Assembly (NCBI GenBank): GCA_964016885.1
Contig: OZ024746.1
Coordinates: forward strand, 26,660,001 to 26,724,000
Source of the DNA: Eledone cirrhosa
Lineage: Eukaryota
Direction of reading: 5' to 3'
DNA: 64,000 nucleotides
Part shown: positions 28,201-40,900 of the stretch, one piece after another
Layout of the letters: each line of letters opens with the position of its first letter
How positions within the stretch are numbered: the first letter of the stretch is position 1
The notes under the pieces: model-generated
Told to the model about the DNA's origin: nothing
Database searches by the model: none
What the model saw: only the letters and a program-made list of their open reading frames with translations
Made by a program: the position numbers and the translations under genes

Positions 28201-30286
28201 AAATATGAAAACAAAAGTGAACTTCAACGGGACACTTTCAGAGCCAATTTCAATGGCAAACGGTGTCTAGCAAGGTGGCATTCCTGCACCCACTCTGTTT
28301 ACCATCAATGACCATATCTTTCTTAATCGGGTGAAATATTCTCTGGTTACGCGTTCCTTGTCACCGATACCATCATAGGATATATTCTCATCTATCCCTA
28401 GGTATCTGTAGCAGTTCTTGTCACATATCGGTGAAACAATTAAGCTATTGATAAAAATGTTGCTAGATTGGCTTGTAGTTTTTCCCCGTTTTACAATCAC
28501 ATATGAACATTTAGGCTAAATTCCATTCCTATATCCTTTGAGAATGCCGTGACCAGGTCAAGATTTTTCTTCATCTCATTTATCTTTTTGGCATAGAGTT
28601 TCAGGTCATCCACAAAGAAATTATCGGTTAGGTTCCTATTTCTCTCCTCCTGGGAACCAATTATGTATCCTTCACATTTCTTGAGCAGAAAGGACAAGGG
28701 GTTTAATGACAGAATAAATAGTAACACAGAGAGAATATACTCCTGTGATATTATATTTCATCCTTCTCCTCTGTTTTTAACTTTAGGATGGTAGCCCAAG
28801 AAGAAGATAGGTTCTCTATGGCTCTGATAATAGTATCTGGGACTATCATCCAAGAGTGGGGAACAGAACTTTCCTGTAGTCCAGCCAGACTGTAACCACA
28901 TTCTTGCTAAGTTGTTGCATCTCTCATTCCAGCTGCTTGCTCATCTGTTATGATGTTATTATTGTCGCAGTGATTTTGGAGAAATAGGTTCAAGCAGGCT
29001 GCATACATTTGATACATTAGATTCTGGCATGCAACGTGTGGGTAGTTATTTTTTTAATTATAAATGGGTGTCTTTGGGGACCAATATTGTTTGTGTTAAT
29101 GTCAACACCCCTGGTATATGTGCATCTCCCAGGAGGGCTTTCTGGTAGAGGTTGATCATATACATCCGATAGAATGTCAGTTTTTTGTACAAGTAGCCAA
29201 TAATCAAGTCTCTTCCTTCTGTTTTATTAGCTTGGAGGTTTCCTATCACAGTCTGAAGGGTATCATCATTTAATCTGTATGGATTTGTTGTAGTGTAGGG
29301 GCAGTAGTTCTTTTACATTTATAGGTGGAACTAGGACCAATACAACCGAATTAAGCTGAGGTAATGGTAATTCAAACAATTTAATTTTAATGATACTTCC
29401 AAAACTGGCTCCTTGTCTCATTAGAATTAAAACTGCTAGATCAGCAGTAGGAAATATTTTTATGCCGGTATACACGCTTAGAAATTAACTGACATTCAAT
29501 GAAGCCACAATTTGAAAAACATATAGTCCCGCTAAAGTTCAAGCCTTTGGAAATATATAATTTCGAATGTAGTTGTTACTTTTCGTAACAATCATAATAA
29601 ATTGAACAGATTAACGTTCAATATAATGAAATCAGCAAGAACGTTCTGCTTCTTTCAGTTGGCAGTAAATATTATTTTGGAAAGTTCGATATAAATATCT
29701 CAACCCTGTGTCAGAGTTTTTTCATGTTTGCCAGACCATCACCAATATTGTTATAGCGAAGTTTATTGTGAAATAAACCTTCAATCATATACTGTATATG
29801 ATATACATTTCAAAGTATATTATATATATAATATGAATACATTACACATTATAATAAATTGTAAACAAACGAAAGTAAGGTTTAAAAAAGTCAAACGTAA
29901 TATAAATTCAATATCTTTAATGTTTCAATAAAAAAAATATAAATATAAAAAGTTTATATAACAAATAATTATCTAAAATATAGATATATATTTTACAGTT
30001 CCAGTTTGGTGTTATCAATAATACCATTTCATTAGGATTATAAATTTAAAGAAATGATACATAATATTACATAGGATATAAATGTAGAGTTCTCTGTTAT
30101 ATATCAAGCATTACAGAGAAATTAGATAAAATATTCATATTTTTAGAAAATATATTTACAAAATTACAACAGTATTGTTGAGAATTGAAGCTGAAACACT
30201 TCTACATATTTATAACGATACACTTGTATCTGGGTGTCTAACTGACAGGGGTACCAAGGAATATTATAGATTGAGCATTAGATATT

Positions 30287-31419
30287 TCACATGTATGATT
30301 TAAGTATTTGTTGAATATGGTTTATATGTTCAAGAAGAGTATGTAGTGTAACCATGGTAAACCATCGATGTTCAATGATTGGAATATCTGTTGGTACAAA
30401 GAGACTCTCATTCACATCCTCATTGTTTTGGACTTTCGAAGACAACTGAAATATCTGAAAATAAAAGGATATATATCAGGTTAAAATATACTCATATAAT
30501 CTTACATATATATGTATATACAGATATGCTATTAACGCTCTTACGTTAGTTTGAGCTTTATATTTTATACATATGTATTATCAAAGAATTTGCATTACTT
30601 AAATGTTGGTAGTATAACTCCTATATAAAGTATCTACTGTAGAATCTTCATTTCATTATAGGAAATATCAAATCAATTAACAATGGATATATTATATTAT
30701 CAATACTTACTGGTAAACTTAGTAGAATTTTCAGATCAAATAAGTAATAAACAGTCTGTCTTAGATAACAATAGAATATAGCATCTGATGTTCGTGTGAG
30801 TTTAGAACAAGCAGCTGGGTAGTAACACTGTGCTCCTATACGTGTGGCAGGAGCACACAGATTGTCATATTCTCTCTTCACCTGATTCTTCATCACAACA
30901 ACATATTTATTAAGGGTTGTAGACATGTTGAACAGAGACATCTGTAATGAAGAATTGTGAGAAATTATATATTTCAGAATCACTGTCATTTCTATAAAAT
31001 GTATTATGAGTTCATGAGACAATAAACATAAGATGTTCAAAGTTAATATATTGTTTTGTCTTAATTTTATGATATTGTGCTAATGATAGAAATATATATA
31101 TACAAACCTTTAATAAATCAATGTTGTTGACGGTGATATTGTCCTGAATATTCATCTGTGGAAATTTAACATCCATATTGTGGAGTAACTTGTTTATAAA
31201 TTGTGGACAGCTTTTAGCAAACAGCAATGGAGCATTATTACACTGTAGAAAAATATATAACACTTTATGAGATAGGATGGAGAGTCTGACACATGATATA
31301 TGGAACAAATTATTTTAATTTAGATTATACTAATATATCTATTATAAATATTCATCTGAGTGAGAAAGTCAGAGTGATAGAGACAGAGAGAGTGAGAGAC
31401 AGAGAGAGAGAGAGAGAGG

Positions 31420-31489
<70 letters not shown>

Positions 31490-32443
31490 AATTGATAAAG
31501 ATAGAAAAATAAAGAGAGAAAGAGAGAGAGTAAGAGAGAGATAGTAAGAAAAGATTGGGAAAAGTAATGAATTCTTAACTTACATAATTAATCAAAGTAT
31601 TGTTTACGGCTGCTGTGGTTCTTTTTGCTAACGTCAATGCCGTATCTATTTCAGTTTTTATATCAGATATATCAGATAATTCAGTTGTTGTTGTTGTAGA
31701 TTGTATAGGTAATCCATGGATCAATGTCATCCATGTTGAGAGACTTAAAACCAATGTATATTGCCAATCTGGAGGAGAAAAAAAGGTATAAAGATTTTAT
31801 TAATTAAACAAGGAAATATTTAAACTTTATCAGTAATTAATACGAGAAATATTTTATTATATTTTAAGAGAAGAATTAGATTCTGGAACATTGATGAATA
31901 TTTAAATTAGGAATATTGGGGATTTCTACACAGAAGCAGGAACTAAATCTTCGCGAAATCATACCCCACTGTGTAAACAAAATTATAGACAGATTTCATA
32001 ATGAATTTCAAGATAATCAATAACTAAATTGATGACGAGATGCTTAGTTATGGAGAGCCTTAGACTATAGTATGGTTGTAGTGTACGACAAAAATAAACA
32101 AACAATATTATAAACTCTCATTTAGCAGCAACTATATGGTTGTAGAACACTGAATGTCACCTCCCCAACTGTGAACATTCCTCCTACAACACACATAGAT
32201 AGATAAAATAGAATAATTAAAAGAAAAGAAAGAGAAGATACTCAAGAATAATCATTGGATAAATGGGAAAGTATGTGAAGAAAGACATCTTACGATTAAA
32301 CACACGATCACATAACTGATGGGGAATGGGTCATTTACCTGAGATATATATATATATATATATATATAATTAATACATTAACTGAGAAAGGCTTAAGCGA
32401 TACTCTGACCAACTCCATCTCACTCAACAAACATTAGGATATA

Positions 32444-32521
<78 letters not shown>

Positions 32522-32531
32522 TGTGTGTGTG

Positions 32532-32570
<39 letters not shown>

Positions 32571-32829
32571 CAACTCAAACAGCAATATTACAGTGACTAT
32601 AACATAGAATATTCTACTTACACATGTTGATCTTTTATAAATTTGTTAGAGGAAATATAAGTTAATGTGAGACGTCAGTAAATTTGCTTTGTACTCTTTT
32701 GAATACAATTAATAAATGATAGTCAATAGAATTATAATGTGACTTTATATACTTACCAGTGAAATTTATATATTTGGAAATACCGTTGATATATATATTG
32801 AAGATGGAGAATTTGAAAGTTCCCAACAT
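30287..32829 (-). CDS. Intact 5-exon gene, 263-aa putative secreted four-helix (IL-6-family-like) cytokine, copy C
   Basis: Exons on the minus strand: 32829-32757 (ATG, 73 nt), 31768-31584 (185), 31242-31108 (135), 30941-30711 (231), 30454-30287 (168, ends TGA). All introns are GT..AG with pyrimidine-rich acceptors; phases 1,0,0,0; continuous frame. Protein: MLGTFKFSIFNIYINGISKYINFT/DWQYTLVLSLSTWMTLIHGLPIQSTTTTTELSDISDIKTEIDTALTLAKRTTAAVNNTLINY/CNNAPLLFAKSCPQFINKLLHNMDVKFPQMNIQDNITVNNIDLLK/MSLFNMSTTLNKYVVVMKNQVKREYDNLCAPATRIGAQCYYPAACSKLTRTSDAIFYCYLRQTVYYLFDLKILLSLP/IFQLSSKVQNNEDVNESLFVPTDIPIIEHRWFTMVTLHTLLEHINHIQQILKSYM. The gene model is well supported; cytokine identity is inference. Confidence 0.85.
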
Positions 32830-33881
32830 CCATAGTTTACTATTTGGATGAGAATAGATTTACTTTCAGTTGTAGAGACCGGCGTATCTATTTATAATCC
32901 CAATTTTAGTAGGAGAGATAAAAGTAGAGGGAGAGAAGGACGGGGTGAGAGGATGGTGAGAGAAAAAAGAGAAAGTTAAGTGAGAGAGAGAGGGGGAGAG
33001 GGAGAGGGGTAGGGAGGGAGTGAAAGTAATATGTAGGATGGAGGACGTGTGAATGGAGGGAGAAGAAGAGAGTAGTTAAGTGTAACAATGAATAACTACT
33101 TTTATCTTAACTTTAGGTCAAACGTCTATTTTACTTTATTTCATTGATGGGAAACATTTATTTCGTAGAAGTGTCATTTTAAACGTTTAGAATCACACAC
33201 AAACACAAATCTTGGTTTTATATATATTATGTTTCTCTCAGTGCCAAAACTTCCAACAAAGATTTTGATGCTAAGAAGTAAATGCTATTTATGTTAAAAT
33301 ATTTGTTTTTCATATTGTAATATTTTCAATTTCTTCTGATAAAGAAATTCGCGTTTAATTTATTGTGTATTGTTTTGTTTGTCTGTTTGTTTTGTTGTTT
33401 TTTTTTCTTTTATTTTCGATATTCCATAACCTCCGCTGAGAAAATACCACAATTCTTGGGATATTCCACACTTTCATTATGAAACATAAGACGGAAGTGT
33501 TACAATACATGTGACCTCCTACACAGCATCACACTGTCATAGTAATAGTAAAATATATGTCAGTTTCCATAAACGCTGAAACATAACTGAAAGTAAACAA
33601 TTATCATTTAGTAAATATAGAATATTAAAGAGGTTATATTTTATATTACGTGCATGTGGTTAAAATGTCTGAAGAATGAATCAATGGACAGATTTGACGG
33701 ACAAAACCAACTGGCAGGGTACCCTGGGTGCAACTCGAGTAAGACGGTAGGGTAAAATACATGAGATCGGCTGGTCTAAATTGAGTATCCAGCCAGATCA
33801 AATATTGATTAAATAGATCATCAATAGTTTTGGAGGATTGGGGGTCATCCTTCTCTCTCCGTATTACATGAGTTATAATTT

Positions 33882-34400
33882 ATAGGTCTGTTAATTTTCT
33901 CCAGTGTATAGGTGTGGTGATTTTCTCCATTCTATAGGTGTGGGGATTTTCTCCATTCTATAGGTGTGGTGATTTTCTCCATTCTATAGGTGTGGGGATT
34001 TTCTCCAGTCTATAGGTGTGGTGATTTTCTCCAGTCTATAGGTGTGGTGATCTTCTCCAGTCTATAGGTGTGGTGATTTTCTCCATTCTATAGGTGTGGG
34101 GATTTTCTCCAGTCTATAGGTGTGGTGATTTTCTCCAGTCTATAGGTGTGGTGATCTTCTCCAGTCTATAGGTGTGGTGATTTTCTCCATTCTATAGGTG
34201 TGGTGATTTTCTCCAGTCTATAGGTGTGGTGGTGATTTTCTCCAGTCTATAGGTGTGGTGATTTTCTCCAGTCTCTAGGTGTCGGGGATTTTCTCCTGTC
34301 TATAGGTGTGGTGATTTTCTCCAGTCTATAGGTGTGGTTATTTTCTCCTGTCTATAGGTATGGTGATTTTCTCCATTCTATAGGTGTCGGGGATTTTCTT
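33882..34400. repeat. 26-bp minisatellite (~20 copies)
   Basis: Same repeat unit as 2222-2685. Confidence 0.95.
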
Positions 34401-34870
34401 CAAGATTTGTAAGTCGTATATTTAGTTTGACTTAGTACAATATTTCTATGAGTGAACTACTTGAGTGTCTGGTTGATGTGTTAATGTTACTACAATAGAA
34501 ATAATTACCTATAGGAAAATAATAATAGTATGCACAGTTCATTACTGGTATCTTTGGATCAACACATCTATCAACAAATCTACCAACTAATCTATCAGAT
34601 GTCACGATAAATCTCTGGTCAAAATATTTACCATTAATCACTTGTTTGTACACTTCTCTTTTATTTTAAACCTATTCATATAACTATGTGGTCTTGTCAT
34701 CGTGTTGGAGTTCTTCAGATTGGTTCCTTCCAATCCTTTGGAACACATAATAACTGCTTGTGTACACCTGTCTTCGGAGAATCCTGCAACAATTTAATAA
34801 TCAAAATTCAATATATATATATATAGTGACGAAACATAAGTCAATTGCATGAACTCATAATCCTTTATTT

Positions 34871-34926
34871 ACTGCTATATATATTTCGATGATAGTCATT
34901 GAATGACTATGACCTCATCAGGCAGT
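34871..34926 (-). ncRNA. Type I hammerhead ribozyme, family A, intact core
   Basis: Minus strand ACTGC-CTGATGA-GGTCATAGTCATTCAATGACTATCATC-GAAA-TATATA-TA-GCAGT. Stem I ACTGC/GCAGT, long stem II, palindromic stem III. Lies in a ~165-bp element (34826-34990) flanked by (TA)n. Confidence 0.85.
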
Positions 34927-37056
34927 TAGTCATTTCTTAGATATGCCAGCTCTGTGTTTATAGTGTTGATGGTATCAGAGCCTTGGGACATATATATATA
35001 TATATATATGGTAGGGAGGTGTAGGCATGATTCTCATGCTGAATACAGGAAATATTTATGCATCAGTCATGTAATAAGAAATGATACTAATAATTACTCC
35101 TGACAGAAATCTAAGAGAAAACATTCAAGGAAAAAAGGTGTATCTAATCAAAATGACTTCAGTACATCACAGGTGTTATTTTATTGATTTTCGATGATTT
35201 GAAATCAAACCTTAATGACATAACTAATTAACGTGAATCTAACATCTAACCTAATGATAATTGTTTATATTAATATCATTTTTTGCATAGACACAATAGC
35301 ACAAAGCATAATCTATTATATCTATTTTGGTACAATATGCTATATTATCTATTATATCTATTTTGGTACAGTATGCTATATTATGTTCTCGTCATTATTA
35401 TTGTTTGTGTCATGGCTTCAGTTTATGGTTTCTATGGCTTTAGTTTATGTTTTTTTTCATCAGAATCCGGCATATTTGGGGAGAAAACAGTGTCAACCAG
35501 GACACATTAATAAGCCGGATGGAATAATGTGACTGATCATACAAACTGAGGTAATCCCGGCCACAACAGGAAATACAGTCTGTCTATCCACATACATTTA
35601 TACATATAAACTGATCTCCATTCCTTTTACTGTAACACAACTAATATGTGGCTGGGTACTAATGTTAAACATTACTATTATTATTCGGATCCGGCTATCA
35701 GCTGAGTTTATCATAAAGGCTGCCCCACCGCCCTTTTTAACCAGGAACGGTAGGCAGTTTTTATCTGCCTAGTGGCCATGGTGATAGAGATCATATGTTT
35801 TTAGGATTCACTTGAAAAGGAAAATCGGGGTGGAGAGGGAAGTGCTGATTTCCAGCCAGTTTATTGAAAGATGGGTGAGAGATGTAATAATGGCCCGTGT
35901 GAATGTGTCTGCCCTGAGCGTGTGCCTGTATTACTGAAGGAAGACAATGCTTGCCTTAACAGTCTGGGTGACCTTGGCTTATGTAGGCTTTCTCCACATG
36001 TAACCATTAGAGTCTCCTAGCCTTTGGGGATTTATGTTTGTTGTATTAAATGTTTATTGCGTTAATATCTGTTATAAATATTATTTTACACAAAAAAATC
36101 TACAAGAAAGCATTTGGGAGTACCGGTAGAGCGTAGAGTTAAGTCCCTTTACATTCTGAGTTCAAATCCCGCCGCGGTTAACTTTGCCTTTCTTCCTTAC
36201 GGGGTCGATAAAATAAAGCAGCAATTTAAACATTCATACCTGATATACATAAACAGAACATTATCTTGCTTCACACCCACCCACCCGCACACACACGTAT
36301 GTGTGTGTGCGGGTGGGTGTGTGTGTGGGTGTCTGTGTGTGTGTGTGTGTGTGTGTGTCTGTGTGTGTGTGAATAAACAACCAGGATTAAATTAAATCAT
36401 TTAATATTTTACGAATGATACATAAAAGAAAAGAATGAAAATAAATGTAGTTAAAATAGATGTTGATAAATGTAAAAGTTGGTGTTTACAAATGTTTAAT
36501 TGTTCTTTTCAAGTGGCTTGGGAAATACACTATTGAGGCAATAATTTCTTCGTTATTTTGATACATAGATTTATTTATTTATTTTGATAGATAGTAACCG
36601 TATACTACGAATAAACTTACATTAATATATTGCCATTTATACATAATCAATCATTAATTAATACACATTGTCTTCAATTAACAAAGTATTTTTGACAAAT
36701 TTATAAAAGATGCAATATTTGAAAAAATCGGATTGAAAATATGTAAAAATATAGCCCTGACATAAAATTTTATGAGCAACATCAAATTAAGCCCTGTACT
36801 TAACCAGCCATTAAATTGATTCTTCTCAATATTTTACTAAACTTTTAGACACATTCAATTTTTTCCAAATATCAGTTGTTAAAATGTTACCCAAACACAC
36901 ATCGTACTGTTTCGAAAATTACTTTTGAATTATATTTGTATACACAGATAATTAAGACTTTACAAAATAAAGTGTTCAAAAACTATTTTTTTTTTACCTT
37001 CTCTCTCTCTAACTCTCACTCTCGACACACACACATACATTCATGCAGACACACAA

Positions 37057-37127
<71 letters not shown>

Positions 37128-37159
37128 TTTACATATATATATTTATATATATATACATT

Positions 37160-37190
<31 letters not shown>

Positions 37191-37801
37191 GGTAAAACCC
37201 AGATAGACCATAACCCACCAGAGTACTTGATATTTGGGGTAGTAGAGTGGGTAACATGAAAAGATTCAGGACCCCGACGGCTGAACTCCGGCCGTTTCGA
37301 CAGCTAGATCAAAACTAAAGCGCCAGTAGTCGTGATTGAGGAAGTGGTTTTTATACCGGCTCTCTCACATACCCACATATCTCCAGGATTCGTTTCTTGA
37401 TATTGATTCAATGAAGAGACCTCAGATCGTAAATTATCGCTGGGTTGATGCATTTTTGATCCTGCGGTCATGACTCCGATTATTTACAAGAACATCCAAT
37501 TTACCAATTCATTTACTTCGGCACAGGTTGAAAGAGTTGTCCCTCCGGCCCACGAAACGTACGACTCTCGTATGGCGCCATTGTAGTAACAATAAATGTA
37601 GAAGAACAGATGTAGGCTTCAATAGATTTTGCTTTTGATATTTATACGGAAATATATTTAATGAAATAAGTCGACCGAATTCAACTTAACCACAGTGACA
37701 AATACCAAAATATAGAGACCTGCAAAATTCTCATAAACATTTTCTCAAAATAAAATAGTTTCAAAGTTCAATTTACCTGCCATAGCTTCTCACACACACA
37801 C

Positions 37802-37975
<174 letters not shown>

Positions 37976-40900
37976 CAGGTAAATGACCCATTCCCGATCG
38001 TGTACTCATTTAATTGTAAGATGTCTTTCTTCACATATTTTCCCATTTATCCAATGATTATTCTTCAGTATCTTCTCTTTCTTTTCTTTTAATTATTCTA
38101 TTTTAACTATCTATGTGTATTGTAGGAGAAATTTTCACAGTTGGGGAGGTGACATTCAGTGTTCTACAATCATGTAGTTGCTGCTAAATGAGAGTTTACA
38201 ATATTCTTTGTTTATTTTTGTAGTAATTGGGACATTCCTACACTATAACCATATCTATTGTCTAATGCTCTCCATAACTGACCATCTCTTCATCAATTTA
38301 GCTATTATTTATCTTGAAATTCATTATGAAATCTGTCTATAAATTTATTTACACAGTGGCGTATGATTTCGCGAAGATTTAGTTCCTGCTTCTGTGTAGA
38401 AATCCCCAATATACCTAATTTAAATATTTATCACTGATCCAGAATGTAATTATTCTCTTAAAATATAATAAAATATTTCTGGTTTTAATTACTGATGAAG
38501 TTTAAATATTTCCTTGTTTAATTAATAGAATCTTTAAACCTTTTTTTCTCCTCCAGATTGGCAATATACATTGGTTTTATACATCTCAACATGGATGACA
38601 TTGATATATATTCTTTTATTTTCAGATATTCCAGTTGTTTTCAAAAGTCCAAAACAAGTAATACCCTCAGCGCCCCCAATCCTATTTCCAGAGAGACCTG
38701 CCTACACGCAAGTTGTAAATAATATATAACAAATAAAATAGTTAATTTTTATATAATAAAATAATGTAATATATTCTATGTATAAATAAATATTATATAT
38801 TTTTTATTTTACTATATTGATATATATTGTTATACTTGGGGAGGGTCATATTTGTGTAATATTGCCAGAATTAATAATAGAACACACTTACTGTTGGGTT
38901 GGTTTTCGCTTTTCACTTCTGTGTCTTTTATATCGGTAATCTAATTTATTCGGTCCTCGATGTTGCCATTCACTGACCAACAGTCAAAAATAATACAGAT
39001 ACAATATAGACACAAACACATATATATAGTTTATCAAAGTTCTTTCGTTGTACATCTTTAACATCGTCAGTGGTGCTATTGTTTCCTCCCCTTACATTGT
39101 ATTTTCTACGCCATCTTAATTTAGTCTGTTTATATATTTATTTATTTGTTTATTTTATTTTGACTTCTTTGCGCATGCGTTTGCGTGTGTGTATAGTGTT
39201 TTGTTTGATGTGTGTTCGTGATTGGGTGACTGTGTATTGGTTAATGTATTCTATCTTTACTAGTGTGTGTTTATATGTGTTTGTTGTTATTGTGCTTGTG
39301 TATGTATTTATTTATTTATTTATCTATTTATTTATTTATTTATACTTCTCTTAGGTCAGTGTTGTTTGTTTGGGTGTTGTTATTCCATTCATTCTTTCTG
39401 TTTAGCCTTGGCCTTCTAAGATCTATTTCACTGGCCTCTCTGATTTGCCTATCTGCTGGGTCATTTCTATGTTTAGATATTATTCTAATTTCTATGTTGT
39501 CTATGTTACCGTCGTGTTATCTGGCATGTTCGTATAGTACTGACCCGTTTTTTCGTCCTTTTAGTTCCCCCCAGTGTTGGTCTATCCTTTCACCTGTGCT
39601 ACAAGCTGTCTCGCCTATGTATGTTGCTGTCATGTTTCTGCAAGTACCCTCTGTACATCTTATGCTATAGACTACGTTTCTAGTTTTACAATTTATCCGT
39701 ATAAATTTTATATTTTTTATTTTTTATTTTATATTTTATATACTATTATATCATCTCTATCGTCCCCTTAGGCCGAAGCACCCCAGGACCTTCTCAACGC
39801 TCCCGGGGTGGGGGCGTTAGTGTCCACTTTAAGAACCTTTGGTTTATGCGGTGGCATTTTTCCTCTGGTCAGTTCCCCATAAAATAACCGTTTAGGAAGC
39901 CCTTCATCTTCCATCCTGCTCAAGTCACCAGCCCAATGCATCTAGCTCATTATAATCCTTATCTCAATACTGGTGCTACCCGCTTTTACGGTACAGCAGT
40001 ATCAGATGTGTAAGAGGACCACTTGATGTTCAGTAAGCGTGGGATACAAGATAAATCACAATGAGTGGATTGATGATAATGATGTTGCAATCACCAAGCC
40101 TAGTGAAGAGAAAAATAACTTGTATTGAAGTGTCTTGTTGCAGATGGTCCAGTGATGATCACTTTTGAGAAGACCTTCAAAGAAACAAAGTCAAAACTGC
40201 CATATAAATTTCTAAGAATGAAGAATAAATTATGGTCTGAAGTTTCAGCCGAGATTCAGAAAGATTATAACTGCAGAGAATTACAGCACAATAAGTTAAG
40301 CTTTTGGCTCAGCGCACTAAAACATGGCACCATTGAAGTAAAGAGATGGGAAAGCCCTCATCAAAGAGATGGACACAATGAAACTCTAGATTTTGATGGA
40401 ATACCTGTTGAGCTGATCCGCTTTCGATGTGACAATGTTGCTATGGCCATTCATAGACTAGTCTCATCAGTTTGGCATTGTGAGCCTATCCCGCAAGGCT
40501 GGGTAGATGCAATTTTGCTCTTGATTTACAATGGCAAGAGCTCCAAGTTTAAATGCGGTGGTTATCGTAGTATAAGTCTGTTCGATTCGGAAGGGAATGT
40601 TGTATCCAAGGTCTTGCTGAATCGTCTAAATGGATCTGTCCTGGGGCCATCCCTGATAGCCAGGAACTAGGCGGAGTACTGTGGACAGGATTTTTGCAGT
40701 CCATCAGCTTATGGAGTGCGTTGAGCAGCAAGTGTCACTGTACAAAGTATTTGTGAACTTTATCAAAGCCTTTGATACTGTTAATCGTAGTACATTGTGA
40801 ATCATATTGGGGAAATTTGGATGCCGTCATGAATTTGTTGGAATATGCAAAAAATTCCATCAAAATATGAAAACAAAAGTGAACTTCAACGGGACACTTT

